Shown one piece after another: positions 52,625 to 64,000 of a stretch of DNA of 64,000 nucleotides. A model generated the notes under the pieces. The model did not search any database and had not been told where the DNA came from. It was given only the letters and a program-made list of their open reading frames with translations. Numbering within the stretch: position 1 is the stretch's first letter; every line of letters starts with the position of its first letter. Made by a program: the position numbers and the translations under genes. Location: assembly GCF_009914755.1 (NCBI RefSeq), contig NC_060942.1. One strand, given 5' to 3'. This DNA comes from the human T2T-CHM13v2.0 reference genome, Homo sapiens.

Positions 52625-52865
52625 TTTCAATCAGTGAGTACTTATTGTGTGCTAGGGACTACATTATGGAATTACTTATAAAGCAATAGTGAAAACAAAC
52701 ATAGACGGTTAAATACTTTTAATTTTTCGCATGGAAAAAATCAAAACAACTGTAGAAATGTGTTCAAGTGGTACCAGCATCAGCAGGAGCTTCATACAAG
52801 AGCTGAAATTTTGAAGTAACTTTCAATACACTAAGAGGAGCAGCCTCCTAAGTAAGCGTGGGCCC
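52625..52865 (-). mobile_element. L2 3' fragment
   Basis: TGAGTACTTATTGTGTGCTAGGGACTAC...AGTGAAAACAAACATAGAC...GAGCTGAAATTTTGAAG. Confidence 0.6.
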
Positions 52866-53084
52866 ACAAGCAAAGGCTGTGTGGTACTCCGGAACAGCAG
52901 AAATTTAAATCAGGGTACACCTGGGCATGGATTCTGGCCCTTTCTCTCTAAGTGCCCCTGTTCTGGTGTCTGTTACGAACAGAAGTTTTGTAAATTAAAG
53001 CAGGACAACAGTGTCCTTCATGTGGTTGCTGGATAGAACACCCCACCAAACAGAAGCAAAGATGGGTTAGTCCATTCAAAAGAT

Positions 53085-53193
53085 AGATCAATAAGTCCAT
53101 GAATACAGAGGAGTAAAAGGCATGAGGTTGTATAATTATGATATATGCACTTTTCAGTATGTATATTACATTTCAATAGAAAGATGTAAAAAG
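53085..53193 (+). mobile_element. Old L1 (L1M/L1ME) 3' end
   Basis: ATGATATATGCACTTTTCAGTATGTATATTACATTTCAATAGAAAG matches L1M 3' termini. Confidence 0.65.
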
Positions 53194-54774
53194 TATTCTA
53201 GTGTGAATGATGAATTACATGGTCTCTAGGAAGGCAAGGACTGACACTTACAGATCACCATATAGTTTAGTACTTAATGGAATAGGCTAATTTTTCTAAT
53301 GAATTAGCCCATTTCCCCGTCATTTCTTCTCTTCTATCCACTACAGTTCAAACCATATTCTATGACCAGAGCTTAGTAAATGCCTATTGAATTGAATTTT
53401 ACTACTGTAGACATTAAAAAAAGAAACTTTGGAAAATAAGAAATACAGTAGGATAGAAACACACTAAAAACAAATTAATTCAAACATTAATATAGGGAGC
53501 CACTTTTCTTAACATGCTGAATTCTAGAATTTTAATAAAGTGTCCATGAGGCAATGATTGGTTTCTTATTCCATCCATGTTCCTCTGCTTAGATCAACAA
53601 TACTAGAAATGTCTCAAAAAAGTGCATTTTGTGAGTTTCCAATGACTTACTTGCCCACTCATCTCATTATCTGGCAGGCTGTTTGTCTTTCTTTTTTTCT
53701 CCCATCTAACAAATGTAAAACCTCCAGTGTTTTCTATACATATCCTTTTTGAAAATGTTTGTTTCTATTAGTATGTGGGTGCATGTTTCTCTAAAATATA
53801 GCCAGAACCCATTAGACTATGCTGTCGTAGTCGGTGGTAGGATTTTGTGTCATTTCCCTTTTGACTTGAAAAATAGCATTTTGAAAAAAATATTTTCCAT
53901 ACACGACATTTTTCTCCCTATTCACTTTGATAGCACCACCTGCTTCGGGAAATATATATTTTCCACAAACCACTGAAATGAACTAATCCATTTTCACTAT
54001 GTGTCCTTTTTGGCAAAATATCTACAGAATTTGCTTTCATAAAGATAAATTCTGTTGCTTTGCTTCTGTCTTTTCTTTCTCTCTCTCTCTCTCTCTTTAT
54101 GAAAGCAAAATATTTTTTTTTCTTGTGGGGAAATACATACAAAAATAAAATAGTAAAAATTAAAACCAATGAGTGAAATTCTAATTTTGGACAAATTTTC
54201 TCTCTCTCATTTTTTTAAATTTGTAAATGAAAAGTTGAAGGCAACTGACCCTCAAGTTTCATTTTCTTAAGATTAGGTGATTTTTTGCTCATTTTATTTT
54301 ACCTGGAATCAGAGGTAGAGGTAATATGGGCTTTTTGATGTTCTAATGCTGATATGGTCCAGTATTATGTAATATGTGCAACTAGTGGTACCATCAAACT
54401 TGTAGGTAATTTTCCCATGTCAAAAAGAAGAGGTTGGGATCCTCTCTTTGGAATTTTAGGTGTCCTAATGAAGGAGCAGGAATCGAGAGAAGGGAGGCCG
54501 GGCAGGGCTCAAGTAGACTGAATTTCTTACAGGCCATTCAAAGGGGTTAGTCATTCACAAAGTCCTCTTTGACGAGGATGTGCAGATGGGCTCCCTGGGA
54601 GCCTGCACCCAGGCTGGGTTCCAAGAACGAAAAATTCACCTGAAAGTTTCCTAGTCAGAGTGGCAAAATATTAAAGGAAAAGAAGACTACACCTCAATGT
54701 GTAATGTATTTAAGAAAAAGGAACATCTCCATTTACCTTGAAATTTGAGAGGATTAATTTTTATGAAACTACCA

Positions 54775-54913
54775 TACACCATATATATATGTGTGTGTGT
54801 AGTTTGTGTGTATATGTATATAGATGCACATATGAATATACATATATACATACATACACACACATATACATACTTATATATACGTATCACATATATATAC
54901 ACACACACACATA
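54775..54913. repeat. TA/TG/CA alternating low-complexity tract
   Basis: Directly visible. Confidence 0.9.
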
Positions 54914-55261
54914 TTTTAATGGATTTTATCTGTTAATAAAGATGGCTACAAGACATACCTTCTTTGGGTATAGAGCAGAAATTATAAGTTCTAGATGGAT
55001 ACAGACTGAGCACATAATATTACACGTGACAAGTCCATTTTTAGAATCATCTTGTGTTGCAGAGCCTACCATCTCATAGGCATTTGGACAATTTTAATTC
55101 TGGAATACCAACCAATGCTTTGAAAATAGCATAGAGGCCTATCTTTAAATCTAACATTGCTCAGGCATTTCCTGTTGTGGTGACATGAGCAGCGTCACTT
55201 CTGATAGTGTCCCAGCTCCCTGGTAAGGGCAGTGGAAAAGGACAGAATGAGGGGGAAAGCG

Positions 55262-55485
55262 TCCACTGAGCGCTTAACCGTGAACATGCTAAGCCTTTTA
55301 TATGCACTGCCATTTTAAAATATCGCTACCTCAGAAGGTAGGTGTTATTATTAACCCCACTTCAGGAAGGAAGAGCTATAAACGCTAAATGATAGTCTCA
55401 AGGTCACATGCTACTAAATATCACACCCTGGAATTAAACACACACAGCTTGACCACAGAAGTTGAGGTTATAGACACTTCTCTAA
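55262..55485 (-). mobile_element. MIR SINE
   Basis: CACTGAGCGCTTA...AGGTAGGTGTTATTATTAACCCCACTTCAG...CAAGGTCACATGCTACTAAAT. Confidence 0.85.
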
Positions 55486-55714
55486 ACAGCTTTTCTTTTC
55501 CCTATTTCCTAAGCCAAATTCAGTGTAAGGGAGATTGACTTCCAATCAGGATTTTAGAGCTAATTTCAACCTGGGTACCATTAATCCCTCCATTGGACAA
55601 CTTCATGCCCACTTGCTCACTCAATGCTATTGGCAGCCCGTGAAGTAGGGCCCCAGCTGTGGTACAACAAAACTGTTCAGTGGCAGGCTTCTGTTTGAAC
55701 TGTGATCATTGGTG

Positions 55715-55900
55715 TATTTAAAAATACACTGAACCAAGCGTTAGAAGTCCTGGGCCCTAATTCTGTTGCTACCATTAACTACTTTCATGACATTAGGTAA
55801 GGCATCTAATTTCTCAGGTTTAGTTTTCTCATTCATAGAATATAGAAATATTATTACACCTACTTTCAGATGAGATGCTTTAAACCAATGACAGAGAATG
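55715..55900 (+). mobile_element. MIR SINE
   Basis: GTTAGAAGTCCTGGGCCCTAATTCTG...CCATTAACTAC...TTAGTTTTCTCATTCATAGAAT. Confidence 0.75.
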
Positions 55901-56060
55901 TATATAATCAAATATAGCCATTTCTATCAGTTATGATCCCTATTTTACCAATGAGATAACGGACCAGAGAGATAACTGATAAGGTAACAAAGCAAACTAG
56001 CAGTATAAGTATGCTGCTTATGATGGGTGGTGAGGGTTACAAAGAAAAAGTCTTCCGAGC

Positions 56061-56310
56061 TTTTATTTATTTTTTGAGACAGGATCCTTCTCTGTTACAC
56101 AGGCTGGAGTGTAGTGGCACATCATGGCTCACTGCGGCCTCAAATTCCCAGGCTTCAAGCAATCCTCCCAGGCTAATTTTTAAAAATTTTTGTAAAGATG
56201 GTGTCTCCCTATGTTGCCCAGACTGGTCTCGAACTCCTGGGCTCAAGCAGGCCTCCCACTTCTGCCTCCCAAAGTGCTGGGATTACAGGTGTGAACCACA
56301 GTGCCCAGCT
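56061..56310 (-). mobile_element. AluJ with an internal deletion
   Basis: AluJ-type GAACTCCTGGGCTCAAGC; about 50 bp missing after AATCCTCCC; degenerate TSD AAGTCTTCCGAGCTTTT / AAGTCATTTGAACTTTT. Confidence 0.93.
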
Positions 56311-57749
56311 AAGTCATTTGAACTTTTAGTCTGGTGCTTTGTCAACATATCATATTAGTCCCTGAAGCCTGTGCTATTTCTGTGAGTTTAAATGAGAAAA
56401 CTGGCAAAAGTTATGTCCTAATCAACTATTATCAGTCCAGTCACTTTTCAAAATATTTAACAAATGTTAGAAGATGTAATCCTGTATGGCTATCCAAAAG
56501 CAGAATTATTTTAATTCATTTATGTGGAAAGTTTGTGGCACTCAAACCAGAACTTCAGCTGAACCATTTCTCACTGCTCATACCCTTTTTTTTTTTTTTT
56601 TTTTTTTAGCTTAGACTGAGGTTAGTTCTGTTCTGAGATGAAGACACCACTGCCGCTTGCTGTTCTTGAACATGCCTCTAAGTGGGATTTTCCCAAGAGC
56701 TTTCCCTTAAAGAAAAGCAGAACAGAGGGCTGGTTTTAGAAGTGGCTGCTCCACCGCATGGAAGAATCACAGCCTCTGGGGACAGGTCTCACCACAGGCT
56801 ATTATTAGAACTGAGCTGTGAGTTTGAAAATGGAAAGTGAGACTCTGCTTGCATATACGTGCACACTGTGGATGCCCAGGTGCCAACGAGTGAAAGGACT
56901 CGCAGATGCCTCCTTGAACAGCATCTGTCTTCCTCTGTTCACTGGGAAGGTGTGCCACCACACTTCTATCTGCTGAGCCTGAGAAAAAAAAATTGTTTCA
57001 GAGTAGGCAGTTGCTGTAGAGCTACAGTAAGACAGGAGCAGGGGGCATCTCAGGGTGAATTTCCACTGAGGCAAAGCAGAAGACTGGGGAGGCGGAAAGA
57101 ACATTAAACAGCCTGACATGACAACTGGTTTCTTGTGTGCGTGACTGTGGACAGATGACTACGCCTGTACATTCATCTGGAAATTGGACAAAGTAGACTA
57201 GGCCAACACAATTCTAATTTCCTTCCTAGGGCTAAAATTATAAATTCATATATCCTCTTGCTATCTGCTAGAGTCTTTACATCTATATCCAGACTTGTAT
57301 CTACCAGTGGTGACACAGATACCTCCTGATACAATCCTTAGTCATCCAATGTATCTCTTTATCTTACCATTTTTTACAATTTTCATGACTGCAAAAGTCC
57401 CTATGAATTCAGGATTTTCAAAACGTTTGGTCTACAATTGAGCAATAGTGCATATGCTGCATGTCAATAGAGATAGTCACTTTTTCCTTCTCCCATATTC
57501 CTTACTTCACAACCATTGGATCCCCTGGGTTCTTCCTGTTAGTAGCTCAAACCTGTCTCCCTGAGCTCCCTCATCCATATAAACCCCCATTAATCACCTC
57601 CCTTGTATCAATTTAACTTACAAGGACAAATTATATTGTATAAATGATTCCTCCTGGTCTAAAAATGTGTATTACTGTAATTCCAATAGCAACAATAATA
57701 GGCAAAATAATCTATATTTTAAAAATATTGCAAGAAGCTATTAAACTTC

Positions 57750-57875
57750 TTTTGGATCCTGTCTCTGACACTTATTAGCTGTGTGACCATAGCTAAGTCA
57801 CCTAACCTCTCTGGACTTAAGTTTTCTATTACGTAAATTAAGGATCATGAAAGTATCTAGTCCATGGGGAATTTG
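57750..57875 (+). mobile_element. MIR SINE
   Basis: ATCCTGTCTCTGACACTTATTAGCTGTGTGACCATAGCTAAGTCACCTAACCTCTCTGGACTTAAGTTTTC. Confidence 0.9.
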
Positions 57876-58542
57876 GGGGTACACATGTGCATGTGTGGGC
57901 AGACACACACACACACACACGCACAAAATCAGTGCATCTCTAGTTGAGAGAAAAAGAGCATATGCCTCTTTCTTTCCCCATTCTTTCTATACTTGGGAAT
58001 GTATGCACTTTCCTAGACACGTTTGAGAGATAGGAAACTCTATCATTATAACTGTGAAGCACTGAGTAGACCACAAGCTATATCATCATCACTAATAATA
58101 GCTAATTACCATTAATAATGATAATACTGGTACAAATTATTGGCCTGAAAGTGAGAAGTAATATTTCCTAAGTAATATTAAAGGCCAAAGAAATTGGAAG
58201 AAAATGGAAAATAAACAAAACACTAATCAACATTTTTATGGACTGATTATGAAATCAATAACCAGACAAAGGATGTATGCACCAAGAACCAAGGAAACAA
58301 GAAAGGCCACACTGTGACATCATTCATGTAGACTAGAAAAAGATCATTCACAGATTCCCAGCACTAGACAGGGCTTCTCAGAAGGTACCTGGTTCAGGGT
58401 CTACTCCTCAAGAGGGAGATGATTGGGAATGACAATGATCCAGGATTATTAATATTATTAGTGAGGTTACCTATTTTACCTTTATTAAACAAATTCTTGT
58501 TGGTTTTCAAACTTCAAGACCAGCAGAAAAACCTGGTGGGAG

Positions 58543-58695
58543 AACAATACATTTAGTATTGTTATTAATTTAAATATCACTGTGGTTTCAGGACATACTT
58601 CTCATTTCAGTGCTGCTGTACTGAAACCACAGTGATATTCAATACTGACCAGTACAAGATATAAATATACAGTATTGTCATTGATTATTTTTAAA
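58543..58695. mobile_element. Ancient hairpin repeat, MER135/Eulor11-like
   Basis: Perfect 19-bp inverted repeat around CATACTTCTCATTTCAGTGCTG; flank TACAAGATATAAATATACAGTATTGTCATTGAT resembles the MER135/Eulor11 consensus as remembered (unverified). Confidence 0.6.
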
Positions 58696-59364
58696 GACGT
58701 AGATGAAACTTGTATTTAGATAAGTGTTGTCCTTCAAAATAGTCATGTGGGAAAGACTTGTGTTTCCTTCCAAAGACGCGGCATTCTTCAAAATGTATTC
58801 AGTATCTCTATGAAAATGAACTTGAAACCGTGTTATGATCCACAGAAGAAACAGCTATCTTATTACATCAAAGTCCCTCTTCCTCAAAAATTAGTTTTAC
58901 CCAAGTTTGCCAGATTTGCCTCTAAAATGACTTCTGGGTGTTTCTCAAAGAGTAAATTCTTCCTACTGAATAATAATTGGTTAGCATAGAGAATATTCTA
59001 GCAAATGTGTTACATTTTTTTTCCCAGAGTAAATTTCTCCAAATATTTGGCACAGAAACAGCATTTTTGGAAATTCTATATAAATTTTCAGAGCAATTTT
59101 CTTGATATTTGCTTTGTTGAGAGAAAATATATGTAAGTACTGATGTAAGTGATGCATATCAGCCTTGCCTTCTACTGTAATTAAATAATTTGGTAGTTTT
59201 TGTCTCAACAAGTAGAACAGGATCTTTCCTATGAGGCAGATTGCACATTGTATATCTACTACAGTATAAGATGTAAATAGATATTAAGTACTTGTCAGTT
59301 GGCTGGTTGGTAACCCAGTTCCTCTAAATTAGTAGCTGTTATTCATGGCTCCACACTATTGGGG

Positions 59365-59467
59365 TCACTCAGATCCTGACCGAATTGGCTTTGCATGGGG
59401 CCCTGGAATAAATACTTTAAAAGCTTCCGAGTGATTTTAATATGCAATCAGAATGAAGAATCCCTGA
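59365..59467. mobile_element. MER5-type MITE fragment
   Basis: CAGATCCTGAC...TGGGGCCCTGGAAT...TTTAAAAGCTTCCGAGTGATTTTAATATGCA. Confidence 0.65.
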
Positions 59468-59664
59468 GTTTCCATAGAAGTTTAATTTTCCATACTGTGG
59501 TCCCTCAAATGATTTCTTTCTAAATATCTCAAGGGCCTCAATGACTTTTTTAAAATGTAGAGATGAAAATGGTAGTAGACAGTCATCATTATTTAAACAT
59601 GAGAAGGTAAATAGATTGAACTATTCATTCAGTGGTTTTTGTGAAACAACATAAAAACAAATGA

Positions 59665-60280
59665 CAACCCTCACCTTTGCCACTTCCAATAGATGAGCAA
59701 GTACTCTTGACTCTGCACTTCAAACATATTCTGAATCTGTCCACTTCCCTGAAACCTCACTCCCTACCCATCTCCAACCCCAGATTGAAGCTCTCATGGT
59801 CTCCCACCAGGCTATCAAATTAGTTTTCTAAATAGTCACTTTACATCTATTCTTGAACACATCAGTCTTCTTCATATAGCAACCAGGGGTAATATTTGGA
59901 CATACATCCAATTAACATGACCAGCTCATTCCCAGTTTGAAGCTCTTAACACTTGCTGTGGTCTCTTCCTGGGATACCCCACCTCCACGTGCTTTCAACG
60001 TTCCCTTTGTCTCTGCTTTAGGGTCACTCTTCAGATAACCATAGCTGATATGGTTCTCTAAGACCAGTAACTTTTCCATGCCTTTGCTCTATTTGTTTAC
60101 TTAGCACTGATTATAATCCTTTATTGTTCTCTCCCCCACCTTCCCCACATTACTAAAGTCCTTGAGGTCAGAAGCTTGTCTGACTTGCTCTCCCAGAGCT
60201 CCCATTGCTTAGTACGGGGCCTGGATCTTGGTAAGAACTAAATATTTATTGAAGGAAATACAGAAGAAGGGATGAATGCA
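59665..60280 (+). mobile_element. L2 LINE 3' part
   Basis: TCTGAATCTGTCCACTTC...AGCAACCAGGGGTAAT...CTTGAGGTCAGAAGCTTGTCTGACTTGCTC...TAAATATTTATTGAAGGAA. Confidence 0.85.
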
Positions 60281-61079
60281 TTTATATTTTGGAATTCAAG
60301 TAACTGAAGGCACGTGACTTCCCTGGATACAGGTCACCCCTAGAAGCCTCACAGACAAATATAAATGGAGGAATAAGAGATGCTCCAGGGATATGACATG
60401 GCCACTTGCCTGGTCTTTCCTGCCATCTTCCTCATCTCTGAACCCATCTCTTTCTTGCTTCCACCTCTATAAAAAATTTCATTTTTACTCTGGCATTTGC
60501 ATCGGTATTTGGTCTCTCAGCACTGGTTTTCAGTTTCTTCACATAGATTTAGCTTATTTACAATGAACTGCACGAGGTAGGATTACAAATCTCTATTATA
60601 GCTTAGGACAAAAACCAACAAGGTCTCCCTGGTTTCCCATTATGAGGGGATTTCAACATTAAGAAATTTTGGGAAAATTGAGCAAATTTCCTTAATGGAA
60701 ACTGAATACTCATAATATTAACATATTCCTAGTGCATTCCAGGATCAGAGGCTACATGGAAGCTAGCTGGGTAATTCTAACAGTTCAAAGAATGGCCAGA
60801 TTACCTCTCTGATATTGCCTTACATTTAATATTTTCCTTCCATGTTCAATTTCCTTATTATAAAGGAATAGAAGGAAAATTTGTATTATAGAAACAGGAA
60901 GAGTTTAGTCTATTCCTAGACTACAAAGACAAAATAATATTAACTGCAGACTTGTGTAATCAATCACATTTTCCAGCACATTAAAAGTATTTACTTGTCT
61001 AAATTTATTTTGACAATATGTGCATCTTGGACCTATATTAATCTATACATAGGCTCTCTTTTTATTTATAGGACACAGC

Positions 61080-61198
61080 CACAGCTGATACTGAGCCAGT
61101 ATGCCTATGTACAACTTTATTGAATGTTTATGGCCAACATCCATTCTGAGTGGTTGAGCGGCCCTTATAATAGTTAAATGTTTTGAATATCACCCCTT
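61080..61198 (-). mobile_element. Short non-autonomous hAT element (MamRep1894-like)
   Basis: TIR-like ends CAGCTGATACTG and TGAATATCACCCCT; internal TGTTTATGGCCAACATCCATTCTGAGTGG. Confidence 0.65.
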
Positions 61199-61204
61199 GA
61201 TACA

Positions 61205-61945
61205 CCAATCAAGAGGTATTTATTAAACATCACTATGGGCAGCATACTGAGCCAGTCACAGAAGTTAATATAAAATAGTTTAAGGCCTGGCAGCTGACCT
61301 TGATGAGATTATAAATTAGAAGTGGACACAGGATATAAAGTGTGGTTTTGCACATATACATGCGTGTGCATACACAGAGTTCAGTGGAAGACTTCATGAA
61401 GTAGCACATATATCAGCCAAGTGAATATGGGAACAGAGTCAATTCAATGCTATTCTATTCTAAAAATACTTTTGGAGCCCCTGTAAAGAGCAAGGCACTT
61501 GGGACAGTGTTCTAGAGACACCTGGATGGTGAGACACAGTCTTTCTCATCCTGGAGCTTTGGTTATAATAAGACAATAAGAGCACAGAGGCTTCGGAATG
61601 AGCACAGACAGGCATGTCAAGGACAGCTGAGGGAATGACTGAAGACTTTAGGTGGGTCCTAAAGAATGAGTGGGAATTTCATGAAAAGAAAATTGTGCCA
61701 AGAGACTTACAGACAAAGAACAACTTAATCAAAGGAGTCAAAATAAGGAAGTACGAAGCTTGGTTGGAGAAAGTGGTTATTTTGACAGGAGTAAGGGATC
61801 TTGGTCAGGATCAAGTAGGACATAATATACAGATTGCAGAAGGTCCTAGAAATTAGGCTGAATTTAGACCTACAGAGGGAAACCTCTAGAAGACAGAAAA
61901 GTGAGAAACAGGGCCAGACTTGAGATAAAAGATCATTTCTAAAAG
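61205..61945 (-). mobile_element. Two L2 3' fragments
   Basis: TATTTATTAAACATCACTATGGGCAGCATACTG; CAAGGCACTTGGGACAGTGTTCTAGAGACAC...GGGTCCTAAAGAATGAGTGGGAATT. Confidence 0.75.
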
Positions 61946-62199
61946 CTTATGCAAAAGTTAGTTTTAGCATCTTTTTCACTAGAATAGAGTCCCAGAACTC
62001 TTCACAGAATGATCACTGACGTCGGCATGATGAGCTCCAGATGGCAAAAGTGGAGAGATAGCAATAACTGCTGTGAGACTTTCAAGTCTGGTTTTAGGAT
62101 ATTTGGCACATCGTGGAACGTGCTAATGTATAACTCAATGTTTAAATTGTCATTTGCTATCCTTAATTTTTAAGGACAAAATAGGGGTCTGAAGCAGGA

Positions 62200-63065
62200 G
62201 ATTTTAGAAGTAATATGAGAGTTGACAGACAAAGAAAGAGAACATTAGCCTGGCATGGATAACTTTATGTATCACAAGTTACATATTTTAAGTAAATGTT
62301 CACTGGATCATTTAACTTGGCATTTATAACTTGGGTCAAAAATAGAAACTTTGTTCAGTGTGTAAGGTACAAGTCTTATCATCTTCTACAGACAGACAGA
62401 GAAAAACCTCATCTAGGCAAGAGCAAGAATCTGCCAAACTTCTTTGACTTTGAGAAGGTTATAGACAAGGTTGACAGTGTCAATGCATGCAGCCTGATTT
62501 ATCATGAGTTTTAGAAGGCCCTCAATAAAGTTCCACGTGACAGCCATCCATTGAAGGCAAGAGCTAAGGAGATCTAGGGTAGAGCATGGAAGTGAATGAA
62601 GAACTAGTTCAAAAAAAAAAAAAGATTAAAAAAAAAAAATCTAAGGACAGAGATGCCGCTGACATGGTGAGCTACATTGCCTTCCAGATAAGTTTGATAA
62701 TGGCTAAGCTTTTTTATATAATTGTGTTAGTTTTTGGAGTTGAGAGCGGCATCTCAAAATGTTTATTGTGATAGAACTGCAGAAACTGGAGGAACTAGGT
62801 GCTTAATAGCCTAGATAAGATTAATTTCAAGTTAAACTGCCCCTAGCCTGGTTATGTTTTTACAGATTGCAGCAGTATTTGATCAGAAAGGAGGCAGAAA
62901 ATAAACACTCACAGTGAATGAGTAAGTTGGCTATTTAAACAGTAGAAACAATTTCAACAGCTAAGATGGGGCTAATGAACCTAAAGAAATGGGGAGACAT
63001 ATATTAGGCTAGGAAGCGGGATACCTGAGTTCCTTCTACCTGTGAGTGTTTAAACAAGCCACTTA
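62200..63065 (+). mobile_element. CR1/L3-family LINE ORF2 relic (reverse-transcriptase region)
   Basis: 62416-62541 translates GKSKNLPNFFDFEKVIDKVDSVNACSLIYHEF*KALNKVPRD, matching the CR1 RT pattern GKSCLTNLxxFFExVTxxVDxGxAVDVxYLDFxKAFDKVPH; upstream PGMD resembles the SPGPDG motif. Confidence 0.75.
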
Positions 63066-64000
63066 ACCTTAATCTATAAATGAACAAGTCGGAGCAAATG
63101 ATTTAGGAGGTCTCTTAATAATAATCCTATATAATACAGTGTTGATAATTGTGACATAAGAGGTTGCGTATTTACCTTGAATGAATGACCGGAAGACTTA
63201 AGGATATTTAGATAATTTAATTTCACAGTTACAGCAGAAAGAGACCCCCTTCCAGCCCCAAATCCACATAAACAGTACATAATAGAAATAATAATGAAAT
63301 AAATGTCAAGCATTTTCTGTAAATTAAAGTTGTTTTTACTAAATTATGGGCCATATTTTTTGGATGTGTGCTCTGAAACTAATACTGCTTGCAAGGAGAA
63401 AAAAAGGAGATGCAAGTGTGTCTAATATATTGGATACATAAAAGCTGGAGTATGCATAATCGTCTTGCAAGAGTTCTTAAATCTCTGTATATAAACTGTT
63501 TAAAAGTAAATTAAAATTATTCCTTAATGAAATACAAATCTGAAGTCACTTGAATAACTAATCATTTTATGACCCATGCAGTGAATTTTTAATGCCTACT
63601 TCTACCTGATTATTTTAGATATGTCTGTGTTGTAAATTAAAAGCTACATAAATCATTAATGTGTTGATACAGATCAGTGAACTGCTTACACTATATGTGA
63701 TTCCTTAGGACATACAATGTCTGATTCACCTCCCTCCCTTTCAATTATATGGCTGCCAGGCTCTTTTTCTCTATTCATTTTTTGCAAGGTCTTATTTGGT
63801 AGAACTGCATTCCAGGGTCTTTATCACTTTCCCAAGAGGAACTGATGTTTCCAATCAAAAGAGGGCTCACACTGCAAAAATGAACAGGTCCTAAATCCAA
63901 GAGTGTGAACACACAATCTACGAGGGAGAAGTTTGCTTTTATTTTTGTTTTTGTTTTAGTAATCTATGCTCCCAAGAAACTGTAGCAACGAAACATAACC

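Overview
This is AT-rich, CpG-depleted primate genomic DNA (it carries Alu and THE1D; probably human) that reads as deep intron or gene desert. I find no credible protein-coding exon, tRNA, rRNA, CpG island or CRISPR array, and I cannot name the locus. All long ORFs in the track arise from low-complexity pyrimidine tracts or Alus. Old repeats dominate: many MIR and L2 fragments, CR1/L3 fragments, hAT and Tigger DNA transposon relics, solo MaLR/ERVL LTRs (three with perfect 5-bp TSDs) and AluJ/S/FLAM elements. I saw no AluY, L1PA or SVA. The most notable items are: (1) a ~1.55-kb modular polypyrimidine repeat at 9949-11494; (2) two hairpin elements resembling ancient conserved repeats (Eulor8-like at ~12.5 kb, MER135/Eulor11-like at ~58.6 kb); (3) a ~70-bp templated copy of 41283-41348 inserted 2.9 kb away inside an LTR41; (4) a CR1 reverse-transcriptase relic still legible as protein; (5) several repeat-free, motif-dense segments that look like developmental enhancers. 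I see no evidence for a new multi-gene biological system. Repeat family names come from remembered consensus sequences and need RepeatMasker/Dfam confirmation. Boundaries of old repeats are approximate.
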